A stretch of 64,000 nt of DNA from Octopus vulgaris. Its lineage: Eukaryota. Numbering within the stretch: position 1 is the stretch's first letter; every line of letters starts with the position of its first letter. Where the stretch lies: contig OX597829.1 of the NCBI GenBank assembly GCA_951406725.2, forward strand, positions 56,172,001 to 56,236,000. Reading direction: 5' to 3'. The notes under the pieces were generated by a model. It was not told the origin of the DNA. It worked only from the letters and a program-made list of their open reading frames with translations, and searched no databases. A program made the position numbers and the translations under genes. Of the stretch, positions 33,682 through 48,242 are shown piece after piece.

Positions 33682-35707
33682 TAGACGTGTGGTGCAAGTA
33701 AAAAAGTCCACTTGTCCAAAATGGCGCACGGTAGAACTGAACCCGAAACCATGCGGTTCCGATGCCAACTTCTCAACTGTAAACCCATAATTTTCTGTTC
33801 CATTTGTGGTGGGATCAACAAAAAGTTATTCAATCTAGTGAGAGATAAATATCTTTTCATATACACAGTATTTAAATTTGAGAAACCGCTAGCTTCATGC
33901 TGTGAGAACACAATAAACCGGCAGCAAAGGGATGGAAATCAAAGTCTTTGAGGCTACATGCTTAATCCGGAGAGAATGGTGCCCTCTAGTTCAACTAGAA
34001 ATTTGCCCATATGTTTGCCGAATAGCAAACTTAATTCGTTATCCGATTTATAGTACCCACCTGTGGTATTGTATGCCTTAAACGAAGTCTGCTCTGTTGC
34101 AGGTATTTGGGCCGTGAGTCCAGTATGGGAATAGCTGTTTTTCTGTTTTTCGAAAAATAATCAAATAGCACTGCTCTTCTTTGACTTAGCTATTAAATTA
34201 ACATTTTTTTTTAAAACTTAAGGGGGGAAAAGGACCTAGAAATCGATAATACATTTGGATGGTAATACCATTTCATGGCCAACAGGTGCATTTAGCTTAG
34301 TTTGCTCAGTTGTATGTATTTGAACTATGCTCTTGGCAGGTGTTAAATTAATCCCCAAACACGCTAACATCCGCAACTCTTTCTGAAAATTCTCAACAGA
34401 GAAATAATCTCAAAGGGTGCTGGGCAACTCAACCTCCATTGTCAAATATCTGTGAACTCAGTCCAGTCTAGATTCTTAAACAGCACAACTTTCAAACACG
34501 TAAATCACATGTTTTCAGTCACCTACGGAAATAAATATCAATAATAAAGTAGACAGTCTAGTGAGTAATAAACTGTGGGTAAACGCATCTATGGCATAGC
34601 CTCTATGGGTCATTCTACTTTTTAAAATAACAGCCATATTTTCCTCAAATCACGCCGTCCTATCTGAAAACAATGGCAGCAACACGTCGTATAATGTAAT
34701 TCTAATCGGAATAAAATACGGAATACTCGTAGTTGAAACGCTTTGCTCATAGCTCTGCACTATTCGAGTGGAATTGACCTGGGTTTAAACTGCATCAACA
34801 ACAATAGTTCTGCAGGAATGCAAACTGTTTAATAAGAATAAAATCAAAACAGGGTATTTTCTACCCGTATTTGCGAAACGTCATCTTCTGAACAGACACA
34901 GAAGGCTTTACCACGGACAAGAATCAGAAGAAAGGTCAGTCTTTTGGATATCATTGCTAAATTGGACAGGGTTCTATCAGCTAATTTTTGAGAATAGCAT
35001 TCAATCTTCTTTTGTATATAAGGACTATTCAGATTATTTCTAGCTTGTATATACCAACCATAATTCTAAATGTAGTTCAGTTATATTCCATGTCTGGTTC
35101 AGTTAGAAATCTCTCGCGTACTCTCAAGGGAGAAGCTAACCAACATGATCAATAGTTTGATGTTTAACAGCTTTTCTCACTATATTATAATATATTCATT
35201 GATAAATTTCAAATATCGAATTTTTCGTTTAATTTCTAACTAAACTTTGAATACTACTTTCCATAATCCTCAAACTTCAAATGAAAAGATGTTTTTCAAA
35301 ACATATTTAATGATTCTCTATCAGTGACTGTGTAAGTGTAATAAAACGTGTTATTTTTAGTTCAAACTTATTCTCAAGAATATTTTTTCAAGGAAACCTA
35401 TAAAAGATTTTTTTTTTTTAATTGGTAGTTTCTGCAAGACAAGAATTATTCATTTCATCGAATATCGTTATAATATGTTATTTTTTTAAAAAATCAACTT
35501 AAATAGCGCAAAAGAAAGAATGTGCCACCTGGGAATAAGGGATTCATATTATGATCTTATAAAAGGAACCACTACATTAATATCTGGTAACAATCCAAAT
35601 AAGGTCCTGATTGGAGCTCCAAACAAGACACCGAGTGAAGCTCCAAATAAGACACTGAGGGAAGCTCGGAACATAATGAAAATCTATTTCTCTAATCAAC
35701 TCGAGGT

Positions 35708-35925
35708 AACGCGGTGAACAGGCAGAATTGTTACCACTCCGGTCGAAGTACTTAGCAGCATTTATTTTTCTAATTTTTTTTTGTCTGGCTTAACGTTCTG
35801 AGATAAAATACCGTCGAGCCTTCTTGGTTGATAAAATAAGCACCAATCGCGCACTGGGGTCGATGAAATCAACTAGCCCGCTTCCTCTAAAATTTCTGAC
35901 CGTATGCCTTTCGAAGAAAGGATTA
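35708..35925 (+). mobile_element. SINE family A, degenerate
   Basis: GGCAGAATTGTTA head; GATAAAATAAGCACC..GGGGTCGATG body. Confidence 0.65.
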
Positions 35926-36290
35926 TAGGCTCATGGTATTGTATTTGTAAGAAGCTTGAAGTCGATTATATTGCCCCTAATACTTACTGCTTCTCTTTTA
36001 TCGATTCCAAGAGAATGAAATCCAAAGCTGGTCATATCCAGATTCCAACTCACTACATGAATAAATGTAACTATATGCAGTAAAAGTATTTTCTCTGTCG
36101 TTCTCTTGATTCTGCAAATTAGGCGCTCGCTGGAAATTAAAGAGGGGTTTAGTGAATAAAGTTGAAACAGAAAACTCACGCTAAAATATTCTATGATATT
36201 ATTTTATCTCAGGTAAATGCCTTATCGGAAGTTTCGACAGTCAAATTTTTTAATAAGAAATAATTTAAATCTGTTTTTACTTATATTCTT

Positions 36291-36695
36291 ATGCTATGCT
36301 ATGTAATTAATAAAATCAACGAAATACTTAAGCAAGGACTACTTCCGATGTATTCACACGATAAAATAATGAAAAATGAGTTTTTATTCATGGAAGATGG
36401 GGTTCCATGCCACACAGCGAAAAGGAATCAACAATGGTTGACTGAAAATGGGATTAAAAAGCTTCCTTGGCCAAACCAATCTCCTGACATTAACCCATTT
36501 GAAAATCTTTGGAGCATGCTAGATAGAGCTATACGAAAAACTCGATAGAAACCTAAATCTAAAGATGAATTGTTTCGATTGTTGCGTGAAAAGTGGGCAG
36601 AAATTCCACGAGAGACAATCACAAAGCTCATCAGTCCAATGCCAAAAAGAGTTTCTGAATTAAAAACTGCAAAGGGAATTTCAACTAAATACTAA
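36291..36695 (+). pseudogene. Tc1 (DD34E) transposase C-terminal fragment
   Basis: FMEDGVPCH..WPNQSPDINPFENLW, with 34 residues between D and E. Internal stop at 36546-36548, then PMPKRV..AKGISTKY*. Confidence 0.9.
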
Positions 36696-36794
36696 AGTAT
36701 GTAGTCCTACATATCGATTACATTTCAATTGTTCATTTTGCGTTTTAAATAAAAGATTTTGAAAATTAAAGGTGTCTATTTACTTCCTGCATGT

Positions 36795-36859
<65 letters not shown>

Positions 36860-37074
36860 CATACATATATGTATGTATGTATGTATGAATGTATGTATGT
36901 ATGTATGTATGTATGTATGTATGTATGTATGTATGTATGTATGTATGTATGTATGTATGTATGTATGTATGTATGTATGTATGTGTGTGTGTAATTATGT
37001 GTGTAGCGGAATGTTAGCACCAAGCAGTGCTACATATATATATCAAAATAAGCAACAAGAATAACTTTGGTAAT

Positions 37075-37160
37075 ATGGTACGATCGTTTCACGCTACATC
37101 ATTTTATTAAATATTGTAAGTATTACAACAGTTTTAAAATGTTGAGCAATCATCAGCCAT
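37075..37160 (-). ncRNA. Type I hammerhead ribozyme with long stem II (intact core)
   Basis: Reverse complement: atgg CTGATGA t tgct...agcg t GAAA cgatcg TA ccat. Confidence 0.75.
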
Positions 37161-37416
37161 TTATAGAGGTTTTCCATTAATACATAATTTTCATATTAAT
37201 TGATAACATTATAGAGAAGGTAGATATATAGACAAAGATGTCGATTTAAATTTCAAGAACATTAAGGTAGTAGAGTTTATCTTCTGACTGAAGAATATTC
37301 ATTAAGTTATTTTGAACTTCTAGAAGGTTGGGAAGTATAATCAGTTGAAAAGAAACAAAAGATATTTTCCATTTATAGAAATAGGGGTGAAATATATATA
37401 TATATATATGTATATG

Positions 37417-37455
<39 letters not shown>

Positions 37456-37518
37456 GCACACACACATGTACGTATATGTGTGTGTGCATTTACATGTTTA
37501 GAAATATATATATATGTG

Positions 37519-37583
<65 letters not shown>

Positions 37584-39504
37584 TACTAAAATTACATATA
37601 GCATTCTAATACCCCCTAAAATTACAGCCAAGTACGCAGCCTCTATTTTGTATTCCAAAACGTTAGAAATAGCAACCAAATTTCTCTCGAATCACACTAC
37701 GCGATGTTATGTATGTTTGTGTGCACGCATGTGCCAACAAGCGAGCCTTTGATTGTATTGGCTTGACGATGATATCTTCATTAACTCACATTGATCTTTC
37801 AGGTATTACTTTGATACATATATAACTGGACTTTGTTGGCAATCTCTGCTAGTTTTGAATAAGAATTTATATTTGTCCATCTTGTGACAAGAGATCATGA
37901 ATCTGAACTCACAAACTTTATATACACAGATTTATTTCATTCTGGTCAATGCATTTCCATTATCGTTTACTTAACAACATTTTTTTTTGTTTGTTTATAT
38001 ATCTTGGTATTTCCTGGTGGTATTTCCCTTGTTAAGGAACTGGATCTTAAAGTGCAGAGGAACTATTTTCAGCCAGGCTTATTGAATCAGCGTAAATCAT
38101 ATATCCTAACCGTTGACATAGGCATCCGTAAACGGAATAGCAACCGCTGATTCTTCGGCTAGTAGTGTTTCACTTGTCAACTTTGTCAATGACAAACTTC
38201 ATCTAGGTAAATTAATATAATAATAATTTCCTGTTCTTTTACTATTTTGGTATAAAATAGGTGAGCAAAATGTCGAAAATAGAAAAGGGAAAGATCTATA
38301 ATTATCGCAGCTGTCCATTAACATCAATATCAACACTGAAACGTGCATCAATGGTGACTGGCGTTCGAGAATTAATGAGACAATTTGAACAAGTCCTACA
38401 GGTGTAAGCGTCTACGAGATGATTTTTATGAGAATCGGAAACTCTTTCTACCGAGTTCTCTTTAAAAATATTGATTTTGATAGTTTCGGAAGCAGTAACA
38501 GTTTCTTGAGGAATGGCAAAATTAGTACATTTTATTAAGATTGAGCTTCCCAGTTCCTGTGATAAACTAACCAACAATTCGATTATTTGTCCAAGTTCCT
38601 TTTTTTCTTTTTTCTTTAAAAGTCGGAATTTTAAGGCATTTAAAATGAAACAATCTATTGAGTTTTGATGTTATTTTGTGATATTGAATTCGGCAAGCAA
38701 TGAAATCGATGCCTCTTTTTACCAAAGCTGTATTCATTGGCATATTTTAATCAATACAGAAATGCCTTTAAATTTCTATCATAACCATCAAAAAGGTGAC
38801 CTCATACAATAACGCTATCTAAATGCAAGTATGTATAATTAAGAATTTGAAGGTCCTCTATCGGTCAAGGCTAACCACACATCTACACAGGTATATACAG
38901 GCCTGAGGAAAATTATTTTGAGGAAGACTGGGAGTTGGTCATGCATGGAAATCTCCCGCTCTCACACCACCAATGTTTATCCAATAAAGAGGTTGATGAC
39001 TTGAGTTGAGACAGCACCGTTATAAGAGTTGCTTTCAGAATGCAAAGAGCTGGATGAATTTAACGAAAGAATCTTGCTTTAAAATTCCACTAGACCACCC
39101 AATTCACTGATCTGACATGATACTTTTTATCGATCACAAACAGAATAGAAGGCTAAGTCGAAAGTGAGTCAGAGTTTAAGCTTAGAGAGCAGTGAGTCGG
39201 AATAAATACTGTGGGGTATTCTACCCGACGATCTAATGACCCTGCCAATTCATCGCCTTAATTAAGGTTATTCGAAATTATTATTTGGTACTTTACTCTT
39301 CGTAAACATGCCAACAACGTTCGTAATGCCTCATTGAAGTCTCGATCAGCAATACAAATGTTCCAAAGCAATGTAAGAAATGTCTTTAATCGTTCTAGTT
39401 AATGATAGACTTGCTTCATATCGAGCGTGCTGATGTTCTCTAATGAAGTATCAACAGCGAAGCTCCTCGCTGCCAACACCTGAGGATCATTTGTATGTTT
39501 AGTA

Positions 39505-39960
39505 CTGAAAAAAACTGACTCTCCGTCGGTTATGGCGATGTGTGTTCCAGTTTTTTCGATCAACAGAACAACCTGCTCGTGAAATTATAGAGCAAGTGGT
39601 TGAGCACTCCACAGACACATGTACCCTTAATGCAGTTCTGGGGGAGATTCAGCAGCTGAATGGACCGGAGCAATGTCTCTTGCTCAAGGACACACCGTGC
39701 CACCAGGAGATGAAGATGAAGGAAGTACACGAGCGAGAGATAAAGAGAGAGGGGGGAGAGAGAGGGAGAGTAAGAGAGAAGAGAAAGAGAGAGGAAGATG
39801 GGGGGAAGTATGCAGAGTTGATTAAAGAGTTGAAGGGAAATGAATGGAGGGAAATTTTGAATGGTGGAAGTCGGGTACAGTGGCTTTGCAGCACCAGAAA
39901 ACGAACTGACAACCATACGACCGTGAGCCTAATACCCTGACCACTAAGCCAGGTGCCTTC
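39505..39960 (-). mobile_element. tRNA-derived SINE (third type) carrying an internal insertion
   Basis: The reverse complement starts GAAGGCACCTGGCTTAGTGGTCAGGGT (A-box) and has GTGTCCTTGAGCAAG. Confidence 0.7.
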
Positions 39961-41278
39961 GCCTGTTTAGAACTTTATTTCACTGACCGACTCTGCATTC
40001 ATCCACCCGACGCAGTTCATTTTCTGGTGCTGCTTGCTAACTTCACAAAACAACAAAAACCAAGTTCTTCAGCCCCAAATAAATCCAACTCAGCCGTTCC
40101 TTCATCGCCAACTACACCCAAAGCCCAAATCAGTGAAGTTGGGTACAGTGAAGTCTGCAAAGCCACTGTACCCGACTTCCACCATTCACAATTTTTCCTC
40201 CATTCATTTCCCATCAACTCTTTAATCAACTCAGTATACTCCCCCCACCTTCCTCTCTCTTTCTCTTCCCTCTTACTCTCCTTCTCTCTCTCCCTTTCTC
40301 TTTATCTCTCGCTCCTGTACTTTCTCCATCTTCATTTCCCACACCAAACCCCAAGGGATGATACATATAACAACTGCTCTTAGATAACTTCATAGAAAGA
40401 CTTATTTTAAAATTCTTAAATGCATCAAATAAAAATTAATGCTTAGACATTGATGAGATATTAACTCGTCAATGACAAGCACTGGACAAAGCTTTATGGA
40501 GAGTGTAAGAGTTGAAAACTGCCGAGAATCGATGACAAAGCTCTCGACAATGAGTTACACGGTTCTCTAAACTTTCTTTGATTAAATAGTTTACTTTTTA
40601 TTTCACAAATTTGCAATCGTCCACAGAAAAATTTTCGAGTACATGTGTTTTTGCTTTTGGGTGGGGGCTTTGTTTTTTGTCATATTCGTGGGTTTTGGTT
40701 TAAAGTGAAAGGTGTTACCGGATGAGTCTTCACGTAAGAAAAGTTTGCAACACTAGAGAAGCTTTAGGTTCATAAAACTTCAACGCCTCTGAGCAATACT
40801 GAATCATAACTCTAAGTGTAACGTGAAGCTCTAAGTATAACTTTGAGCAGAGACTGTATAACTAACAGTGACTGTTATTTGTACGAAATGTCCAACATAC
40901 CGAATGCCAGCTTCACATATTTCTACAATTCTGGAACTAAGCTGTGTTGTTGTCATCACGGCGTTGCTTGTGCGCTTAGCAATATTGCCAGAGCATTTTC
41001 CATTATCTCAACTAAAGTTTGTTGTTAGTGATTATTAATGAGTGCGTGAAACAAAAGATGCTACTGTAAAATTGGAAAATTCCACAGGAATAAACTAATA
41101 CGCTGAAGACTGGTTAATTAGCTGATGCACATCCGTAAAATGGTTTCTTTTTTTTCTTTTTTTTTTTTTTCTTAACTGATATAGCATTTCTTGCTGGACG
41201 TTTTCTGCAGTCACCCCCAACGAAAGAAAAAATAACTTGGGAAGCAGCTACTGACAATTTCCTGATCGGTGCTCCTCT

Positions 41279-41359
<81 letters not shown>

Positions 41360-41559
41360 CAGCAGCAGCAGCAGTAGCAGCAGTAGCAGCAGTAGCAGCA
41401 GTAGAAGCAGTAGCAGTAGCAGCAGTAGCAGCAGCAGTAGTAGTAGTACTAAAGGGACGTAGATTTACAATATGATATTGACGACTCCACTCTGTTTGTA
41501 GTTGAGACCATCATTTCAGACACTGCTCTAGCAGAAACATCATCACGAGGAGGGCATCC

Positions 41560-44000
41560 TAAAAGCGATTTGTTGCACTTATTCGGAAGGAATCGACCGC
41601 AATTGTTGAAAGCTTACCTAACTGGCGATACTGGCGTCTAATAAGTTACATTACACTTATTGCAGACTAACAAAGCGTCCGATTTCTGTAGATGCAGGTG
41701 AAGAATTAGGAGTAGAGGAATGACATGATGGAGTAGAAATAACCTGATGAGATGTTTCAGATGTCTGATTGCTTTTCAAATAGGATTACTTCAGTTCATC
41801 TAAGCTGTGATAGATATTTCCCGCATGCATCAACATCGAAGTACTTGGATGTTGTCTGAAGCACTTTGAATATGTGATCGCAGTGGCTTTTGAATCTCAT
41901 CATTGCGGACAGAGACATGTGACCATTGTTGATTGTTGGTTCATACATGAGTGATAATTGTTTGTGATCAAGAAGCGACTGGACATGTAGGTTCGAAGTC
42001 GATGTACATAAATCGTTGGATCGGGAACATTCTGAAAAGGGACAGGCACAATCTTCAGCCATATGTTGTCAAAGTATTATTATACACAACTTTAAGGCGG
42101 CAATCTGGCATAATCGTTAGCACGCCGGACTCGGCGGTATATCGTCTGTCTTCGCATTCTGAATTCAAATTCCGCCGAGATCGACTTTGTCTTTCATCCT
42201 TCCCGGATCGATGAAATAAGTACCAGTTGATTAGTAAGGTCGATGTAATTGACTAACGCCCTTTCTACACTAGGCCTTGTGCCTATTGTAGAAAGTATTA
42301 TTATACACATGTTTGGTTGCTGGATAAACGACTCTATTCATAACAGTAAAAAGCATTAAAACCAAAGGTAATTATTTTAAGCCAACTACTACCGTCGATG
42401 CAAACTTTGAGAGCAAATTTGAAGGAAAACCTCAAGTATATCATTGACGAAAGGGTGATAAGAGATTGTGCGTATCCATTTGCAGCCCAGGCGACATGTC
42501 AGTTCGTTGAAGTGGCTAGATTCGAACCGACCATCGGGATTGCAAAAAGCATGCTGAATCGTGCAATCGGATGTGGACTCAATGCTTTGGTAATTGTTTC
42601 TCTTGTGATAGAGAACCGATCAATGCAGGTCAATGACTGCGATATCGAAAAGCTGAAAATGCGCACCAAGTGCTGCGAGAGAGCCAAGCAGTGATCTAAC
42701 AGTTTGAAAGGACTTTAGTCTTCTCACAAGTGATGCACTTCCAAACCCATTTCGAAGTATCTTTTTTTATGTAGGCCCAAAGAAATCAATCCAATATCAA
42801 CTTACTTGTAAAAAATAGAGTAGTGTGTTGAAAACTGTATGTTGATACTTTAGTGATACTCAGGATATATCAAATGTATCTCGTAGACGAGAGAAGAGGT
42901 AGAAGCCGAAATGACAAAGAATTCCGTAAACGTTGTATTTCTTCATCCTGTGGCGGGACAGCTGCAATTTGTGGTAAATAACGAAAGCAGAAGCGTGTAG
43001 GGTAATTATGTGAATACGAGAATGAGCATCAGCTGCGGTGTTTATACGACCCTCTCGCGAAGAGTTACGGTTAGATCTAGATCTCAAAGCAAACTCAAGA
43101 GGTTTGTGATTCATGTAAATGGAGAAACACAGCGTTCCAGTTGACAGAGGAAAAAATTCATTTCCGAGGTAAGCTGACAAAAATTACTCACTCAAAACTA
43201 CTTCGCTTTGTTTCTGCTGGTTGCAGGTGCTTATAGAAGAATAAGTGGTATTGCCGACCAATGTCCACTAACAATTTTGGACGCATCTACTCTCTTACTC
43301 TGGACCCTGAATGTGTCCATTAACAAACAAAGCGGAACATTGGACTTTGGGTGAGCTGTCATGGCTGTATCGGCCAACATTTTCCTGGCTTCTCGGATGA
43401 TGTTTGGAGCTGTGACACCCAGTGTAGTTATTTGATTCTTCTGGTCGCTTCAGTATTGTCTATAAAAACTGGTCGCTTCAGTATTGTCTATAAAAACTGA
43501 TCAGATCTAGGAATGCCTTCAATTTCTGTACTGATATAAGAATAAGAAACTTGAGAATTAATTTCCTTTTTCCGTGGTAAAGGAGCATTGTTTTTTTTTA
43601 ATCCAAAGATGTGAATGATGCAGCTCCACAATGACATTTACTAGGGTTAATAATCTCACCATATTGGGTCAAAATGGTACAGCAAGCTATTTTTTTATGA
43701 CTGTTTTCGGATGGAATTGTGACCAACAGATCCTCGACGTTGGTACAATAGATCAGAGATGACGTTGTCGATGGAATACTTAAACAGTTGTACTTCGTTA
43801 CCATAATTGAAGAACATACGTAAAATTTCAAATAGTCCAAAAGTCGTAACGATAATAGTTTTTATGATATCCAAAGAATTCAAAAGCAATACAATTAGAG
43901 ACTCGAACAAAGCATTTTTCATTTGTGAGATTATTGTTGGGTTAATCAGTATAAATATAAAATCTAATTCTCGATTGGTATTATATTCTTTTCTGCTCCA
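41560..44000 (-). mobile_element. Highly degenerate Gypsy/Ty3 LTR-retrotransposon pol relic
   Basis: In minus-strand order: VEDLLV (YxDD remnant), NHKPL..AADAHSR (RNase H end), WAYIKKD..W..KCITCEKTK (integrase zinc finger). No LTRs found. Confidence 0.7.
42095..42291 (+). mobile_element. SINE family A inserted in the Gypsy relic
   Basis: Flanking direct repeat AAAGTATTATTATACACA at 42071-42088 and 42292-42309. Confidence 0.85.
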
Positions 44001-44004
44001 ACCA

Positions 44005-44377
44005 CAAGGATTCGAAATTTATGGGGATGGGGCCAGACGATTTGATCGACCCCAGTACGCAACTGGTACTTAATTTATCGACCCCGAAAGGATGAAAGGC
44101 AAAGTCAACTTCGGCGGAATTTGAACTCAGAACATAAAGACAGACGAAATACAGCTAAGCATTTCGCCCGGCGTGCTAACGTTTCTTGTTTCTTTATTGC
44201 CCACAAGAGGCTAAACTTAGAGGGGACAAACATCGACCACAGGGCGTAACTGGTACTCAATTTATCGATCCCGAAAGGATGAAAGGCAAAATCGACCTCG
44301 GTGGAATTTGAACTCAAAACGTAAAGACAGACGAAATACCGCCCGGCGTGCTAACGTTTCTGCCAGCTCGCTGCCTT
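44005..44377 (-). mobile_element. Two tandem/nested SINE A copies
   Basis: CCGAAAGGATGAAAGGCAAA..GGAATTTGAACTCA..GCCCGGCGTGCTAACG occurs twice. Confidence 0.85.
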
Positions 44378-47300
44378 CTTCTCTGGTATTATACTGTTGC
44401 TTCTAACTTTAGCTTCATTTACTTTTTTTTAGTACATTGTTTTTATTGTTGTTGCTGTTGTTGTTGTTAAGGAAGATGAAAATTATGATCCTTTAATAAT
44501 TGATTTACCTCAAAATTGGTGAGCTTTTCCTTAGTTAAGCCGAATGCTGAGCTGTGGCATCATTCATTGAATATAGTCTTAAGTATTATGGATATCTTAC
44601 TTCTTTTAACAGAGCCTGTAACGTTAAATTACTCCGTTAGACTCCATTTCAGTATTGTCAACATGAAGCCATTCGTCGACAGTGCAATTGGAGATATTAC
44701 TTGAAAATTGTTTCTCTTCGGTAGCTAATATTTTGAAAATGCGTATCATATATAAGGGATACAGTTAGGATGGACAGAGGTGGACTGTTCTATTGGGGGC
44801 ACAGCTGACGGAGATTAATCGTGAAACTGGTCAGTAATTTAATCCAGACCCAGCATAATTCTGATAGGGGGAAGTCAATACTACCCCGTCGACATCATAG
44901 TTGTGAATAAAATTGAACGTGTGTGTGTGTGCGTGTGTTTGTGTCCGCCGCGTGTGCCTTTGTGTTTCATGAATCGAATATTTAAGTAATATCACTTTAT
45001 AAATACATTCATAATTGAGTATGTGCTTTGATTATTTTCATGGTATAACTACTTATGTTTTGCTACTAAATGCATCTATATAGATCTGGTGTATACCACA
45101 ATCAATTCATGACATTTTTTTTTTCTTTTCATTTATAGGCAACTTGATTTTTCTCCTCCTCCTCCTCCTCCTCCTCCTCCTCCTACCCTCCTCTTCCGCC
45201 TCCTCCTCCTCCTCCGCCTCATCCTCATCCGCTCATCGTTTACTAAATATTCCCTTACTAATGTATTCTTATTACCTTTTACATAAAACACCCGCATCAT
45301 CTTCATTATATTATGTAGCAAGTAAACTAATATCCTGTACAAACGACATCTGTCAGTTTGCAGTATCTACTCACTGCATTGTGTTGCTCCCACACACAAG
45401 CACACACACACACACACACAAGCACACACACACACACACACACACACAGACGTGTTTGCAAAATACATGTCGTAGCTTGCAAATCATATTCAAGCTGGTA
45501 TATGTTTCTGCTCATAATTCCATATCCTAATACTCTCCAGCCTAAACAACAACGTATTTTCTTTTTTACATTTTTTTTTTCTTCTTCTTCTTTTCGATGG
45601 CTTTCACTTTTTATTCACGCTTCTCTGTTTGTTAAGACGGTTTATTACATTTTCACCTTTTTCTCTCGATATTTAAATTTTATATTTCTGCTATATAGCA
45701 TTTTACTCCCCGTGGGACTGATATCCATTTACATGATTTCATCAGCCATCGACGCTATATTAGGTTACATGCTTTAAAGCTACAAACATCGCAGTAAAAA
45801 TTTATGTTGGTTTCCATGAGCGCTCTTGTATGTGCGCGTATCTAAGTGCGTATACATGTATTTATGCATTTTTTATATGTTAGCTTCAGTAAAATCTCTT
45901 TTGTGTTGATCGTAGAGAAGTTTAACGTGTTAATCTGAGTTTAAACTGCAACAATCCTCAGGAGAAATAACACATGCTGAGATAGCTTTATGATCATTAG
46001 TGTTATCTATCACCATTTCAACATTTCACCAATTCTCAAGACCGGATCGTCACCCTGATGGTCTTTCTAGAAATATCGATCGTAACTCGAAATAGACCAA
46101 CTGTTCCACACGATGAACTTTCAAATGAAAGCAACACTAACATCAATAGTAACGACAATGTACAGAAGCAGGACAATTGAAGTAACCACAGCAATATCAT
46201 GAAGGACAATAGCAAAACTATTTGGCATTAATGATATATGTTAGTATTACTGCAGGTAAATAAGAACGGGTACATAAAAGCATATAAATGAGGAATAATA
46301 AAACATTTTGGACACACAAAAAATATGATGAAGAAATTAAATTTATCGCGGGGGAAATCTGACAACGGCACATCCGATAGCTTGTAGCTTTTAGTGAAAC
46401 ATCATAAATACTACCGAATAACGTAACCGGAGAGGTTTGGACAAGATACCATACAACTAATACTTACGAATTTATGTAGTTTATATTGGTATTAATAGGG
46501 TTTATTTTTATAATATAAATATTTTTACAAATTAGCTGATTATTTAATGACGCTAATGGTCTTCATATATAAATGACATGAGGCCTAAAATTAATTAAGA
46601 ATCTTAGAATTTAAAACAGAAAAACAATTTCATTATTGAAGAGAAACGAAAATTCAGTAAGAGACTTTATATAGCTAAACTATAAATCTACATAATAGAT
46701 GAGACGCATTAAATTAATAAAATAACTGCATATCTGAGATTGAATATAATTAAAATGGTAGGAAAATTTTATTATCTGAATTGGAGTCTGATAAATTGTT
46801 TTAAAGAAGTTTTGTTTATCTTATGTCTCGAGAAAGACCAATTTTGAAAATTAGCATTTGTTTGAGATTTTTACGGTTACCTGCAAATTATCTGGTCTTC
46901 ATAACTTTGATGTTCCGATGTCTATGGCCATTTTATGTCTTGTTCCTTAAGTAAAAAAAAAATTCCATTCGCTAATATCTATGGCCTTTGCAGACTCTCC
47001 TAGACTGGTGAGGTTGATATGGCTAAGTTTCCTCTTCAACTGTTTCAAGTCGATGGTTGCAGAAAAAACAAAGGCCGAATTTCTGGGGAGGAAAGCTGGG
47101 TGTAGTGGTTAGTGCAGGAACTAAAGATTGACAATATGTTATTAAAAAGGAGGGATGTGCATAAGTGCAGGTCGCTCAAAACTAACCAGCTCCAAAGAAC
47201 AGAAGCCACAATAGTAGCAAGAGAGAGAGAGAGAGAGAGAGAGAGACACACACACAGACAGACAGGGTTGCTATTTATGATGGCTGTAGGAGGAGCAGTA

Positions 47301-47775
47301 GTTCTGTTGTAAATGTGAGAACTACTTTATTATAAGCCTCACCTGAGTTTTGTATCGAGCTGACTAGTAGCGGAGCAGGTTAAAGAATTTTTCGGCTTTG
47401 AAGAGGAAGGTCACTTTTTGGGGAAGCAGACTTTTCTATGTTAAGGATGGGTGTACCTTCCTCAGAGGAAGGTACGGCGAAGTATAACATTCGTGACGGT
47501 CTTGAGGCTGGATACGTGTCAGACTGGAGTAGTTTCTGCTAATATTTTGTTGTTTTATGAAGTGATTGCGTCGTTGTTCTCTTGAAGGAGTCGATATTGT
47601 CATGACTCTGTTGGGGGATATTTTGAAGGTCTGCAAACTTGAAGTACTTAGGCTACGTGTAATGATACTTGAATAAATATCACAGTTAATGAAACAAAAA
47701 TTATAGATATTAACGTATCCATCAATTCAATACTTTACAATTCTCTCTCTTTTTCTTTCTCTCTCACTCTCTCTG

Positions 47776-47809
<34 letters not shown>

Positions 47810-48242
47810 CTCGTCACTCTTTTTGTCTGTCTATCTCTTTATTCATCTATGTTTTGCACACACATGATGTGGGCTGTTAATATTCAACGAAACATTAGGC
47901 GTTTTGAGACTGCCGAAATGGGTTGCACTCTGTACAAATTGCTGTTTTTTTTGGGGGGGGAGGGATAAGGTCTTTTTTCGAAAGGAGCATGAAGATGTCG
48001 TTGTTGCTTTTAGCCCCAGGTTAGCTTTGGTAGAGCAAACATGATCAAAAGAATTCCAGTCATGACCATTTCCGCATTGTTCAAAGGCGTTTGCATAGCT
48101 GCATGCTTAAGAAGCTCACTGTACAGCAGCCGTGGTCCTGGATTCGATTTCTCTGCGAGGTACCTCGAATGAGTGTCTTCAAATATAATCACAGATTAAT
48201 CAATAACTTGTTAGTGAAATTTCGTTATCTAAAATTGTGCAG

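Noticed and set aside
37860-38800. Possible hAT transposase relic
   Set aside because: Only faint similarity by eye, with no TIRs or clear motifs.
43441-43499. 28-bp tandem duplication (also short tandem repeats at 35595-35672 and 60821-60876)
   Set aside because: Ordinary local slippage, unrelated to the 28-bp minisatellite.
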